Shown here: piece after piece, positions 37,723 through 46,843 of the stretch
Position numbering within the stretch: the stretch's first letter is position 1
How the letters are laid out: every line of letters begins with the position of its first letter
Assembly: GCA_033549025.1 (NCBI GenBank)
Contig: JAWSUS010000001.1
Coordinates: forward strand, 75,590-139,589
DNA from: Desulfuromonadales bacterium
GTDB lineage: Bacteria; Desulfobacterota; Desulfuromonadia; Desulfuromonadales; SZUA-540
DNA: 64,000 nt
Reading direction: 5' to 3'
Position numbers and translations under genes: made by a program
Notes under the pieces: model-generated
What the model was told of the DNA's origin: nothing
Seen by the model: only the letters and a program-made list of their open reading frames with translations
Database searches by the model: none

Positions 37723-40392
37723 CTACTCGTCGCCGTCGACATCCTGCGGTAGAAAACGCTTGCGCACCATGGCCAATTCATCCTCGCGGGCGACCACGCG
37801 TCCGGTAAGACGGGCCTTGAGCAGTGCCGCAAGAATCGTTTTGTACTCGGGGCCGGGCGGAATGCCGAGACTGCGCAGGTCATGTCCGGTGAGCAGCGGC
37901 GAGACCTCGCGCAGCTGGGTGACGAACAGGGAGATCCAGCGCCGCACTTCTTCGCAGGAGGCGCGAGCCATGAGAAAGAGCAGGATCTCTATGGAGAGGG
38001 GTTCCAGCCAGCGGTGCAGGTCAACAGGGCCCGGGTTCGATTGCCGACTGTGGCGGCGCTCCAGCAGCTGCAGAACACGCAGGCCTTCCCGGCGCTCCTC
38101 CATAAACACCTGCCGCGACTTGGGCGGAATATCCAGGCGTTCACAGAAACCGCGCACGGCCGCATGATCAAGATCGGAAAGCAGGCAGAGGAAATAGACC
38201 TGCCAGGCCTGGCAGGTCTCCCCCGTATAGAGCAGTTCGAACCAGTTCAAAATACGCGGCGCTCTCTCGAAAATCTGCCGGACGGCAGGGCTCACCTCAA
38301 GCCCGGCCTGCAGGCGCTGGAGCAAGCCGAACTCTCCCATGCGCAGCAAAGCCGGCAACGGCGCCGCCTCTTTGAGAATAATGACCAATTCGTTGTAGAT
38401 GCGGCGCCCCCCCGCCTTGGCAAGAAACCCCATGCGCACGGCACTCTGAAGCAACTGCTGGGTGTGAACGCCGAGATGAAAACCGAGGCGCTGCTCAAAG
38501 CGAATGGCACGGAAAATCCGCGTTGGGTCCTCGACAAAGCTCAGACTGTGCAGGACGCGCACAGCCTTTTCCTTGAGATCTTTCTGGGCGCCGAAAAAAT
38601 CGATCAGTTCGCCGTAATGGGCCTCATTCAGAGCGATCGCCAAGGTGTTGATGGTGAAGTCGCGCCGATAAAGGTCGAGCTTGATGCCGGCGTGTTCGAC
38701 CTGGGGCAGAGCGCCGGGAGAGGTGTAATATTCCATGCGGGCAGAAGCGACATCCAGCTTGAAGCCGTCAGAAAAAATCAACACCGCCGTGCCGAACTTC
38801 TTGTGAGAACGGATGCGGCAGCCCTGGTCAATGGCGCAGGCTTCGGCAAAGGCGATGCCATCGCCCTCGACGACGATATCAATATCGAGATTTTCCTGCT
38901 GCAAGAGCAGGTCGCGCACGAAACCGCCGACAGCGAAAATGCTGACCCCCTGTTCATCGGCGATGCGCCCAAGCTGCCGCAGAAGATCCTGAATGCGTTG
39001 GGGCAACTGATCGGCCAGCATGCGCTCCACCCGCCGTTTTTTGAGGCCACCTCCGCCAACGAGGGTATCGATCGCCTCGGTGCCGGTGCGCAGGGCGCGG
39101 GCGCCGGAAATCATGTGGCGCAGAAGATCGGTGCGGGTGATGGCGCCGATTAGGCGGCCTTCCTCCACGACCGGGACAAACCGCTGATTGCGCTCCATCA
39201 GCTGTTCCTGTAGCACGGTGATGGGGGTATGAGGGCCGACCTCGAAGAAATCGCCTGTCATGTAGTCGCTGACCGGCTGTTCGGCCAGACCATGGTGAAC
39301 GGCCCGATCCGCCAGCTGGCGGGTGATCAGACCAACCACCCGGTTGTCGTTCACCACGGGAAGAGCATTGATGTTGTAGCGGGTGAAAATGGCCCGCGTC
39401 TCACGCATACTGGCGTCTTTAGCGATGGTTTTTACGGGCGAGGACATCAGGTGGCGGGCCTCCCAGCGAGGCTGAACGTGCTGCTGCAACACGGCGGGCA
39501 ACCGATCGACGATTTCCAGCAGGGTCAGGTCGCGCACGGTCGCCGAGGCGGCAAAAGAGTGGCCGCCGCCGCCAAAGCGAGAGAAAATCTGCCCCATGTC
39601 GACTTCGGGTGCCCGGGAGCGTCCGACCATGAACACCCGTCCGCCCAGACGCACAACCACGATCAGCGCCTGCGTCCCTTCCATGTCCATGAGTTTATGG
39701 GCCAATACGGCAAGATCGCCGACAAAGTGATCCGCCGAGGCCTGAGCGACAACCACTTCGACACCGGCGATATGGAGAATCGTGCGGGACTCGATCAGAT
39801 CGTGCAGCAGCGCCACCTGGTCGGCGGTCAGTTCCTGGGTGAGAAAATCGGCGACCGTGTTGAGGTCGGCGCCATGGGAGAGGAGAAAAGCGGCGGCCAG
39901 GTAATCGTCCGTGGTGGTGGAACTGAAGAGCAGGCTGCCGGTATCTTCGTAGAGGCCGAGCATCATCATGGTCGCCTCCTCCGCCGTCGGCACGATATCC
40001 CGCTGCCGGAAGATGCCGGTCAGGACCGTCACGGTGGAGCCAACCGGCTCGATGTGCTCCACCACGCCTTTGAGATCGGCCTTGCCGGCCGGGTGGTGAT
40101 CGTAGATATGGAGTTCCACCTTCTCCCGACGGGCCACCTCGCCGAAAGGGCCGATGCGGTCGGACTGTCGCACGTCCACCAGGATAAGCCGGGTGACCTG
40201 CTCCAGGTCGATATCCTTCACGCGTTCGAACAGGGCCGGGTCCACCACCCCGTCTTCCTGCAAAAACTCACGCAGATTCCGCTCCTGGGCCCCGGCAAAG
40301 ATCAGATGGGCATCCGGGTAGAGCCGTTTGGCGGCAATCATGCTGCCAAGGCAGTCGAAATCGGCATTGACGTGGGTGGTGATGACCTCCAT
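37723..40392 (-). CDS. tRNA nucleotidyltransferase with N-terminal DHH/DHHA1 and tandem CBS domains (probably A-adding type)
   Basis: THVNADFD, DHH, EDTG, GGGGH; CBS pair; GGFVRDLL..DIDI, RRDFTIN, EDPTRIFR. Confidence 0.88.
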   Translation of the reverse strand: MEVITTHVNADFDCLGSMIAAKRLYPDAHLIFAGAQERNLREFLQEDGVVDPALFERVKDIDLEQVTRLILVDVRQSDRIGPFGEVARREKVELHIYDHHPAGKADLKGVVEHIEPVGSTVTVLTGIFRQRDIVPTAEEATMMMLGLYEDTGSLLFSSTTTDDYLAAAFLLSHGADLNTVADFLTQELTADQVALLHDLIESRTILHIAGVEVVVAQASADHFVGDLAVLAHKLMDMEGTQALIVVVRLGGRVFMVGRSRAPEVDMGQIFSRFGGGGHSFAASATVRDLTLLEIVDRLPAVLQQHVQPRWEARHLMSSPVKTIAKDASMRETRAIFTRYNINALPVVNDNRVVGLITRQLADRAVHHGLAEQPVSDYMTGDFFEVGPHTPITVLQEQLMERNQRFVPVVEEGRLIGAITRTDLLRHMISGARALRTGTEAIDTLVGGGGLKKRRVERMLADQLPQRIQDLLRQLGRIADEQGVSIFAVGGFVRDLLLQQENLDIDIVVEGDGIAFAEACAIDQGCRIRSHKKFGTAVLIFSDGFKLDVASARMEYYTSPGALPQVEHAGIKLDLYRRDFTINTLAIALNEAHYGELIDFFGAQKDLKEKAVRVLHSLSFVEDPTRIFRAIRFEQRLGFHLGVHTQQLLQSAVRMGFLAKAGGRRIYNELVIILKEAAPLPALLRMGEFGLLQRLQAGLEVSPAVRQIFERAPRILNWFELLYTGETCQAWQVYFLCLLSDLDHAAVRGFCERLDIPPKSRQVFMEERREGLRVLQLLERRHSRQSNPGPVDLHRWLEPLSIEILLFLMARASCEEVRRWISLFVTQLREVSPLLTGHDLRSLGIPPGPEYKTILAALLKARLTGRVVAREDELAMVRKRFLPQDVDGDE

Positions 40393-40408
40393 GTTCCCCC
40401 GGTGCGCC

Positions 40409-41359
40409 TCAGAGTTGCAGGCTGCCTATCAGCTGATGGATATCCGTAATCCCCTCTTCCACACAGAAAGCCTCGATGCCGTCAATAATGGTCATCATGA
40501 CGGCGGGGTCAACAAAGTTGGCGGTGCCCACCTGCACGGCTTTGGCCCCGACGATAAGAAATTCCAGGGCATCCATGGGACGCATGATACCGCCGACACC
40601 GATGACGGGCACTTTGACAGCCTGCACCACCTGGTGGACCATGCGCACCGCCACCGGCCGGATGGCCGGCCCCGAAAGCCCGCCCGTCTTGTTGGCCAGG
40701 CGCGGCCGCCGGGTCTTGATGTCCACGGCCATGCCGGTGAGGGTGTTGATGCAGCAGATAGCATCGGCCCCCGCCTCTTCGGCGGCTCGGGCCGTAACGG
40801 ATATGTCGGTGACATTGGGAGTCAGCTTGACGATAAGGGGCTTTTTCAGGTGCTTTCGCACCAGACCGACGACCTCGGAAGCCGCCTTGGGGTCCGTACC
40901 GAAGACGATGCCGCCCTGCTTGACGTTGGGGCAGGAGATGTTCAGCTCGACCCCGGCTACCTCGGGAATATCGGAAAGCCGCCGGGCCACCTCGCCATAC
41001 TCGTCCAGGGTGTTGCCGAAGAAATTGACGATGACCGGTGTATTGATTTCCCTCAGAAAGGGGAGCTTATGCTGGATAAAGGCGTCCACGCCGACGTTCT
41101 GCAGGCCGATGGCGTTGAGCATGCCGCTGATGGTCTCTGCGATGCGCGGCGTGGGATTGCCGGCCTTGGGCGCCAAGGACAGGCCTTTGGTCACAATGGC
41201 CCCGAGGCGCTCCAGGTCGATAAAGGGCGCATATTCTTCACCATAACCGAAGGTGCCCGAAGCCGGCATGACCGGATTCTTCAATTTGATGCCGGCGATC
41301 TCCACCGCCAGGCTGGGGCGTTTGTTCTTCATCCCGTTTTCTTTGGCTTTTCCGCTCAT
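40409..41359 (-). CDS. pyrD: Dihydroorotate dehydrogenase family 1B catalytic subunit
   Basis: ASGTFGYG, ELNISCPNV, VKLTPN, GGLSGPAI. ATG 41359 overlaps the pyrK stop (ATGA). Confidence 0.96.
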   Translation of the reverse strand: MSGKAKENGMKNKRPSLAVEIAGIKLKNPVMPASGTFGYGEEYAPFIDLERLGAIVTKGLSLAPKAGNPTPRIAETISGMLNAIGLQNVGVDAFIQHKLPFLREINTPVIVNFFGNTLDEYGEVARRLSDIPEVAGVELNISCPNVKQGGIVFGTDPKAASEVVGLVRKHLKKPLIVKLTPNVTDISVTARAAEEAGADAICCINTLTGMAVDIKTRRPRLANKTGGLSGPAIRPVAVRMVHQVVQAVKVPVIGVGGIMRPMDALEFLIVGAKAVQVGTANFVDPAVMMTIIDGIEAFCVEEGITDIHQLIGSLQL

Positions 41360-42213
41360 ATCTTGCATCCCTCACAATAGCCGGGCTCCTGCCCCAGTTT
41401 CGTCCAATCCAGTTGTTCCGCCCGGAAGACCGGCCCCTCCTTGCAGGAGCACAGATACCGCGGGCTGGCCTCGCTGTGCCCGGCGCCTTTGACCACGCAC
41501 CCGAGACAGGCGCCGACTCCGCAGGCCATGAGGGCCTCCAAAGACACCTGCAGGGGCACCCCCCGCGTGGCACAGATCTCCTGCACCGCTTCGATCATCG
41601 GCATCGGTCCGCAGGCATAGACGGAGGCGTTGGGATACTTGTCGAGCTTGCGCAAGAGCACCTGGGTCACCAGGCCTTCTTCGCCCAGGCTGCCGTCATC
41701 GGTAGACACGTAGGTCTCGACCCCCAAACGTTCAAATTCGGTCACGGCCAGGATATCTTCCCGTGTTCGCCCGCCCATCAGCAGGCGCACAGAACTCTTC
41801 CGGGTCAACTCCCTGGCCAGCATGTAAAGCGGTACGAGACCGATGCCACCGCCCACCAGAATCTTCTGTTCCCCAGGAACCCCAATATCGAAGCCGCGCC
41901 CCAAGGGACCGAGGACTTCCACCTTGCTGCCTACCTGAAGATTGCTCATGATGTCCGTTCCACGCCCGACCACTTTGTAGAGAATTTCCACAAACTCCTT
42001 GGGCGGCTGTCCATCGCAGTCGGCCGGCAGAAAACCGGTGCGGAAGATGCCGAAAGGACGCCGCAGCAAAGGCGGCAGGGACGTCTGCACCCGAAACATG
42101 AGGAACTGGCCGGGCTTGGCCTTGCTGCCGAAACCGGGCGCCAGGATACGCATACGGTAATATCCGGTGGATATTTCCTGGTTGGACAGCACTACGGTTT
42201 TGTAATTCTTCAT
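41356..42213 (-). CDS. pyrK: Dihydroorotate dehydrogenase electron-transfer subunit
   Basis: LRRPF, GPLG, GGGIG, CGP, MACGVGACLGC...C..GPVF. Confidence 0.94.
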   Translation of the reverse strand: MKNYKTVVLSNQEISTGYYRMRILAPGFGSKAKPGQFLMFRVQTSLPPLLRRPFGIFRTGFLPADCDGQPPKEFVEILYKVVGRGTDIMSNLQVGSKVEVLGPLGRGFDIGVPGEQKILVGGGIGLVPLYMLARELTRKSSVRLLMGGRTREDILAVTEFERLGVETYVSTDDGSLGEEGLVTQVLLRKLDKYPNASVYACGPMPMIEAVQEICATRGVPLQVSLEALMACGVGACLGCVVKGAGHSEASPRYLCSCKEGPVFRAEQLDWTKLGQEPGYCEGCKI

Positions 42214-42258
42214 ACCGACTCTCTCTCCTGTTAATCGCCGGTTGGAACCGAGCGGTTC

Positions 42259-42726
42259 CTAAAAACCGGACTCTGACTTTATTTCATCACGCTGCATCAC
42301 CAGGGCGTCCTCGCCATCGGCATAATATCCGGGACGACGGGAAATCTCCCGAAAGCCGAAACGCCGGTAAAGGGCGATGGCCCCGGCATTGTTAATCCGT
42401 ACCTCCAGAAAAACCTTTTCCAGACCGACCTGCCTGGCCTGTTCCAGCCCATGCGTGAGCAGTCTGGCCGCGACTCCCCGGCGGCGGAACTTTGGGTCGG
42501 TCGCCACATCGAGGATGGTCATCTCGCCGCACACGAGACTGGAGCAGAGAAAGCCCACCAGGCGATCCTCCATAAAGAGGAGATCGATGCGGCTGTGCGG
42601 GTTGTCCAGTTCAGCCAAAAAAGAGGCAGCCGACCAGGGGTGAGCCTGACACAAGCCTTCAATACGCAGAACCTCTTCCAGATCCTGGGGCGTCATGGGC
42701 CGGATAGAAGCGTGGTCCAATCGCAT
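42259..42726 (-). CDS. rimI: Ribosomal-protein-alanine N-acetyltransferase
   Basis: GNAT motifs RRRGVA, FLEVRINN..AIALY..FGF, RPGYY..GEDALVM. Start moved to ATG 42726. Confidence 0.9.
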   Translation of the reverse strand: MRLDHASIRPMTPQDLEEVLRIEGLCQAHPWSAASFLAELDNPHSRIDLLFMEDRLVGFLCSSLVCGEMTILDVATDPKFRRRGVAARLLTHGLEQARQVGLEKVFLEVRINNAGAIALYRRFGFREISRRPGYYADGEDALVMQRDEIKSESGF

Positions 42727-42945
42727 ACTCCCTGTAAGGAGAAACCACACCGGGCAGAACGGTATGATACAGAGGAAAAATTTGCCGTGACATCAAGGTA
42801 AAATAAGATAAAATGGTGACCCTGCGGAGTCAATTTGCCGAAGCATCGCCGTTACCGCCCCATGTCGTGGCCCGCTATCTTAATGCACCCCTCAACCCCC
42901 TGTAAAGAACTAATGCGGCCCCGGTCGCCGGGGGGCAGATTGCCA

Positions 42946-42974
42946 TTGACAAGGGGGGATCATTGATTTAAAAA
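42946..42974 (+). promoter_or_regulatory. Putative sigma70 promoter for purMN
   Basis: TTGACA-N17-TAAAAA. Confidence 0.55.
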
Positions 42975-43008
42975 GGGGCCACTTTTCACCATCAAGGAGC
43001 CTGCCGCA

Positions 43009-44058
43009 TTGAGCCAAAAAGACAAAATTACCTACAGGGACGCCGGTGTAGACATTGATGCCGGCAATCGTTTTGTACAGATGATCAAACCCCTCGTCAA
43101 AGCCACGACACGCCCCGAGGTCAAAACGGATATCGGTGGGTTTGGCGGTCTTTTCTCTCTTCATGCCGACAAATACAAGAGGCCGACGCTGGTCTCCTCG
43201 ACCGATGGCGTGGGAACCAAGCTCAAGCTGGCCTTCATGATGGACAAACACGACACGGTGGGCATCGACCTCGTCGCCATGTGCGTCAACGACATCATCG
43301 TCCAAGGGGCCGAACCCCTCTTTTTCCTCGACTACCTGGCGACGGGCAAGCTCTCCCCTGAAAAAGCCGTGGAGATCGTCAAGGGCATTTCCGAGGGCTG
43401 CGTACAGGCCGGCTGCGCTCTCATCGGCGGGGAAACGGCCGAGATGCCGGGCATGTACAGTGAGGGAGAATACGACCTGGCCGGCTTCACGGTCGGCGTG
43501 GTCGATGACGACAAAATCATCGACGGCTCCACCATCACCGTTGGCGACGCCATCATCGGCATCGCTTCGAGCGGTCTGCATTCCAACGGATATTCCCTGG
43601 CCCGCAAAGTCTTCTTCGACAAAATGGGCCTTTCGATCGACAGTCGTCTCGATGAACTGCAAGCCCCCCTGGGAGAGGCCCTGCTCACCCCCACGCGCAT
43701 CTACGTCAAGGCGATTCTCAACCTGATCCGCGACTTCCAGATCAAGGGCATGGCCCACATCACCGGTGGCGGCGTCCTCGAAAACATCCCCCGCGTTCTA
43801 CCCAAAAACTGCCAGGCGATTCTTCAAAAGGACAGTTGGCCCAAGCCTCCCATCTTTGAAGCATTGCGCCAGGGCGGCAACATTGACGAAACCGAGATGT
43901 ACCGGACCTTCAACTACGGCATCGGCATGGTTCTTATCGTACCGGCGGCCGAAGCCGAGGATATTCTCGGCCGTCTCGGCGGGCTGCAGGAGAAAGCCTA
44001 CCTGATCGGCGAGATAACCAAATGCCCCGACTGCAACGAACAGGTGAAGCTGATCTGA
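43009..44058 (+). CDS. purM: Phosphoribosylformylglycinamidine cyclo-ligase (AIR synthetase)
   Basis: [39 protein letters not shown]. Confidence 0.98.
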   Translation: MSQKDKITYRDAGVDIDAGNRFVQMIKPLVKATTRPEVKTDIGGFGGLFSLHADKYKRPTLVSSTDGVGTKLKLAFMMDKHDTVGIDLVAMCVNDIIVQGAEPLFFLDYLATGKLSPEKAVEIVKGISEGCVQAGCALIGGETAEMPGMYSEGEYDLAGFTVGVVDDDKIIDGSTITVGDAIIGIASSGLHSNGYSLARKVFFDKMGLSIDSRLDELQAPLGEALLTPTRIYVKAILNLIRDFQIKGMAHITGGGVLENIPRVLPKNCQAILQKDSWPKPPIFEALRQGGNIDETEMYRTFNYGIGMVLIVPAAEAEDILGRLGGLQEKAYLIGEITKCPDCNEQVKLI

Positions 44059-44113
44059 ACCGTTGCCGGCAGCCTCAAACATCTTGACCATTCAATTACA
44101 TGCAAGGGAAACC

Positions 44114-44785
44114 GTGGCACAGAAAGTACGCATAGGCGCTCTCGCCTCAGGCGGAGGGACGAACCTGCAGGCCATCATCGACCGTTGCCGTGATCATTCC
44201 ATTGACGCTGAAATCGTCCTGGTCCTCAGCAATAACCCGGAGGCTGGCGCCCTGGAAAGGGCTCGCCAGGCCGACCTCCCCTGCCGCTGCATCAATCATC
44301 GCGACTACGAGTCCCGCGAAAGCTACGACCAGGCCCTGGTGGATGCCCTGCAGGAGGCGCACGTCGACCTGGTGGTTCTTGCCGGTTTCATGCGCCTGAT
44401 CACTCCTGTTCTGCTGGACGCCTTTCCCGGCCGCATCATGAATATCCACCCGGCTCTGCTTCCCGCCTTTCCCGGCCTGCACGTGCAGCGTAAAGCAATC
44501 GAATACGGTGCCCGGTTTTCCGGATGCACCGTCCATTTCGTCGATAATGGCGTCGATACCGGCCCGATCATCATTCAGGCCGTCGTACCCGTTCTGGACG
44601 ATGATACCGAGGCGACCCTGGCGGCCCGGATTTTGAAGCAGGAGCACCGGATCTATCCTCAGGCCATTCAGCTTTTCGCCCAGGGCAGACTGCATATTGA
44701 AGGCCGCCGCGTTCGCATCCTGCCGCCCCTCACCCCCCCGGACAATGCCTTGACCAACCCACCCGTCGAGATTTCCGAGACATAA
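44114..44785 (+). CDS. purN: Phosphoribosylglycinamide formyltransferase
   Basis: SGGGTNLQA, LAGFMR, NIHPALLP, GCTVHFVD..VDTGPII. Probable GTG start at 44114. Confidence 0.97.
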   Translation: MAQKVRIGALASGGGTNLQAIIDRCRDHSIDAEIVLVLSNNPEAGALERARQADLPCRCINHRDYESRESYDQALVDALQEAHVDLVVLAGFMRLITPVLLDAFPGRIMNIHPALLPAFPGLHVQRKAIEYGARFSGCTVHFVDNGVDTGPIIIQAVVPVLDDDTEATLAARILKQEHRIYPQAIQLFAQGRLHIEGRRVRILPPLTPPDNALTNPPVEISET

Positions 44786-44788
44786 GGT

Positions 44789-46045
44789 GTGAGACAGAGA
44801 CACTACGACATTGCCATTCTGGGCGAGAGTCTGGCCGCGCGAGTGACAGCCGCACTGCTCGCCCGACGGGGCTACAAGGTTGTCTTCTGCCGAGAACCCT
44901 ATACTCCCTCGCCCTGGCTTTTCTCTTCCTTTCATCTGCAGCAGCTGCTGTTGTCCCTAGGCGGTCGTTCTTGCGCCACCTCCGCCCGCCCTCTGCAGAT
45001 TCTGACCCCGCAAGCCCGCTGGGAAATCCACGGACGCCACTCCAAACAGGAAGAGCTCTTTCGCGAATTTCCCGATCAGCATGAACAGGTCTCGAATCTC
45101 CTTAAGGAGCTGGCCGACAAAGGCGAACGTCTGGAGCGCAATCTCTGGCGAAGCCGCAAAACAGCCCTGACGAATCGCCCTCTGCACGCCAATCTGAGGG
45201 CCAGAGGGCATTTCGGGCTCTTCAAAAAGCCCCTTGAAGCCGTCCTTGCCCAATCATTGGGAACAACGTCAGCAACAGAATCTCTCACCGCGCTGTTTGA
45301 AGGGGTTTCGGGGCAGCCGATAGGAAAGCTTTCCCTGGCGGAAGGCGCCCTGCTCTGGAGCTGGATCCGGCAACACGAAACCGTCTCCGCTTCCGGCCTG
45401 GAGGAACTGCTGCTGCACCGCTTCGACCAGTTTCACGGGGACGCTCTTGAGTTGAGCGATATCGCTTCTCTGAATAGGGAAGGTCGCCGTCTGCACAGCC
45501 TGACCCGCAAAGATGGGGCCGTCTGCTCCGCTGACCATTTTATTTTAGGCAGTCCTGCCGGCGCCCGACTGCTGCCCCCTCCCTTTGAGAGGCCCACTTC
45601 CGAACCATTTTCACCGGCCTTTATGACCAGCCCCATAAACCGCCTGTCGCCCATGTTGGCGCGGCGCGTTATCTGGCGGGCATCGTCAACAAGGCGGCTT
45701 ACCCTGACGGCCACCAACCCGCGCACCTGCCTTATCGAAACGGTGTCCACTCCGATCGCCCAGACAATCCTGCCGACCGACTTGCGGGAAGAGCTTACCC
45801 CTGTTTTCCCCTTTATCGATTTTACTCTCCACGAGGCACCTTCTTCGGAACGGATCCCCGCCCTGCCTAAACCGTTTTTCGCCCAACCGCTGCCTGGTCT
45901 GGTTAATTCCGTCCAGCTCAAGGGAAATCTGCTGCTCGCTCAGGGCTTGGGCGTCTGGCCGGCACTCGGAGCCTCCGGCGAGATTCTGGTGGGCTATGCC
46001 GTAGCTGAAAGGCTCAGTGGCGGCAAATCTTTCAGGCCCGCATAA
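44789..46045 (+). CDS. Hypothetical protein with degenerate FAD-oxidoreductase (phytoene-desaturase-like) fold
   Basis: N-terminal YDIAILGESLAARVTAALLARRGYKV resembles a Rossmann beta-alpha-beta unit but lacks GxGxxG. Begins 3 nt after the purN stop. Confidence 0.6.
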   Translation: MRQRHYDIAILGESLAARVTAALLARRGYKVVFCREPYTPSPWLFSSFHLQQLLLSLGGRSCATSARPLQILTPQARWEIHGRHSKQEELFREFPDQHEQVSNLLKELADKGERLERNLWRSRKTALTNRPLHANLRARGHFGLFKKPLEAVLAQSLGTTSATESLTALFEGVSGQPIGKLSLAEGALLWSWIRQHETVSASGLEELLLHRFDQFHGDALELSDIASLNREGRRLHSLTRKDGAVCSADHFILGSPAGARLLPPPFERPTSEPFSPAFMTSPINRLSPMLARRVIWRASSTRRLTLTATNPRTCLIETVSTPIAQTILPTDLREELTPVFPFIDFTLHEAPSSERIPALPKPFFAQPLPGLVNSVQLKGNLLLAQGLGVWPALGASGEILVGYAVAERLSGGKSFRPA

Positions 46046-46093
46046 GCAACGGAAAATCGACTTTTCTTTTCAAAATAACGAGGCAAAAACTTC

Positions 46094-46122
46094 TTGCAAT
46101 ACGCCGCAAGGCGTGATAACAA
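46094..46122 (+). promoter_or_regulatory. Putative sigma70 promoter for rpmB
   Basis: TTGCAA-N17-TAACAA. Confidence 0.5.
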
Positions 46123-46156
46123 TTGGCGTTCGAAACTTCCAGGAGGTCAAATTACC

Positions 46157-46348
46157 ATGTCTAAGGTCTGTGAAATTTGCGGCAAGGGTCGTACTACTGG
46201 CAACAATGTCAGCCATGCACATAACAAAACGCGCAAAGTCTGGCTTCCCAATCTGCAGAAGGTCAAAACCATCAGCAATGGCACCGTTCGTTCCGTCAAG
46301 GTATGCACCCGATGCATCCGTTCCGGGGCGGTAACCAAACCTGTCTGA
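46157..46348 (+). CDS. rpmB: 50S ribosomal protein L28 (zinc-binding C+ form)
   Basis: [10 protein letters not shown]...[11 protein letters not shown]...PNLQ...CTRC; RBS AGGAGG. Confidence 0.97.
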   Translation: MSKVCEICGKGRTTGNNVSHAHNKTRKVWLPNLQKVKTISNGTVRSVKVCTRCIRSGAVTKPV

Positions 46349-46370
46349 TTGCACCGTTGCCGAAATCATC

Positions 46371-46410
46371 AAAAAAGAGGGGCACCCTGATTCAGGCGCC
46401 CCTCTTTTTT
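46371..46410. terminator. Bidirectional intrinsic terminator
   Basis: aaaaaagaggggc...gcccctctttttt between convergent rpmB and ridA. Confidence 0.88.
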
Positions 46411-46439
46411 GTACCCCTTCTGCATCTGTCCGCATGTTT

Positions 46440-46823
46440 TTAGCCCCGAAAAGCCACCCACTCGATCTCGATGGCTGCCCCCTTGGGCAGAGCCGCCACC
46501 TGCACTGTGGCTCGGGCCGGATAGGTTCCTGAAAAGAATTCCCCATAGATCCCGTTGACCACGGCGAAATCGGCCAGATCCGTCAGATAAATTGTCGTTT
46601 TGACCACATGGGAAAAGTCGAGTCCGGCCGCCGCCAGCACCGCGCCCATATTGGCCATGACCTGACGCGCCTGTGTGTCAATGCCGCCGGGAACCAGTTC
46701 TCCGCTCACAGGATCCAGAGGAATCTGGCCAGAGAAAAAGATAAAATCACCTGCCGCCACTCCCTGGGAATAGGGACCGATCGCCGCCGGCGCTCTATCC
46801 GTCTCAATCTTCTTCATTGTCAT
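46440..46823 (-). CDS. ridA: RidA-family enamine/imine deaminase
   Basis: APAAIGPYSQ, SGQIPLDP, PARATVQVAALPK..IEIE. Confidence 0.93.
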   Translation of the reverse strand: MTMKKIETDRAPAAIGPYSQGVAAGDFIFFSGQIPLDPVSGELVPGGIDTQARQVMANMGAVLAAAGLDFSHVVKTTIYLTDLADFAVVNGIYGEFFSGTYPARATVQVAALPKGAAIEIEWVAFRG

Positions 46824-46843
46824 CCCCCTTCTTTTTTAGCGCT

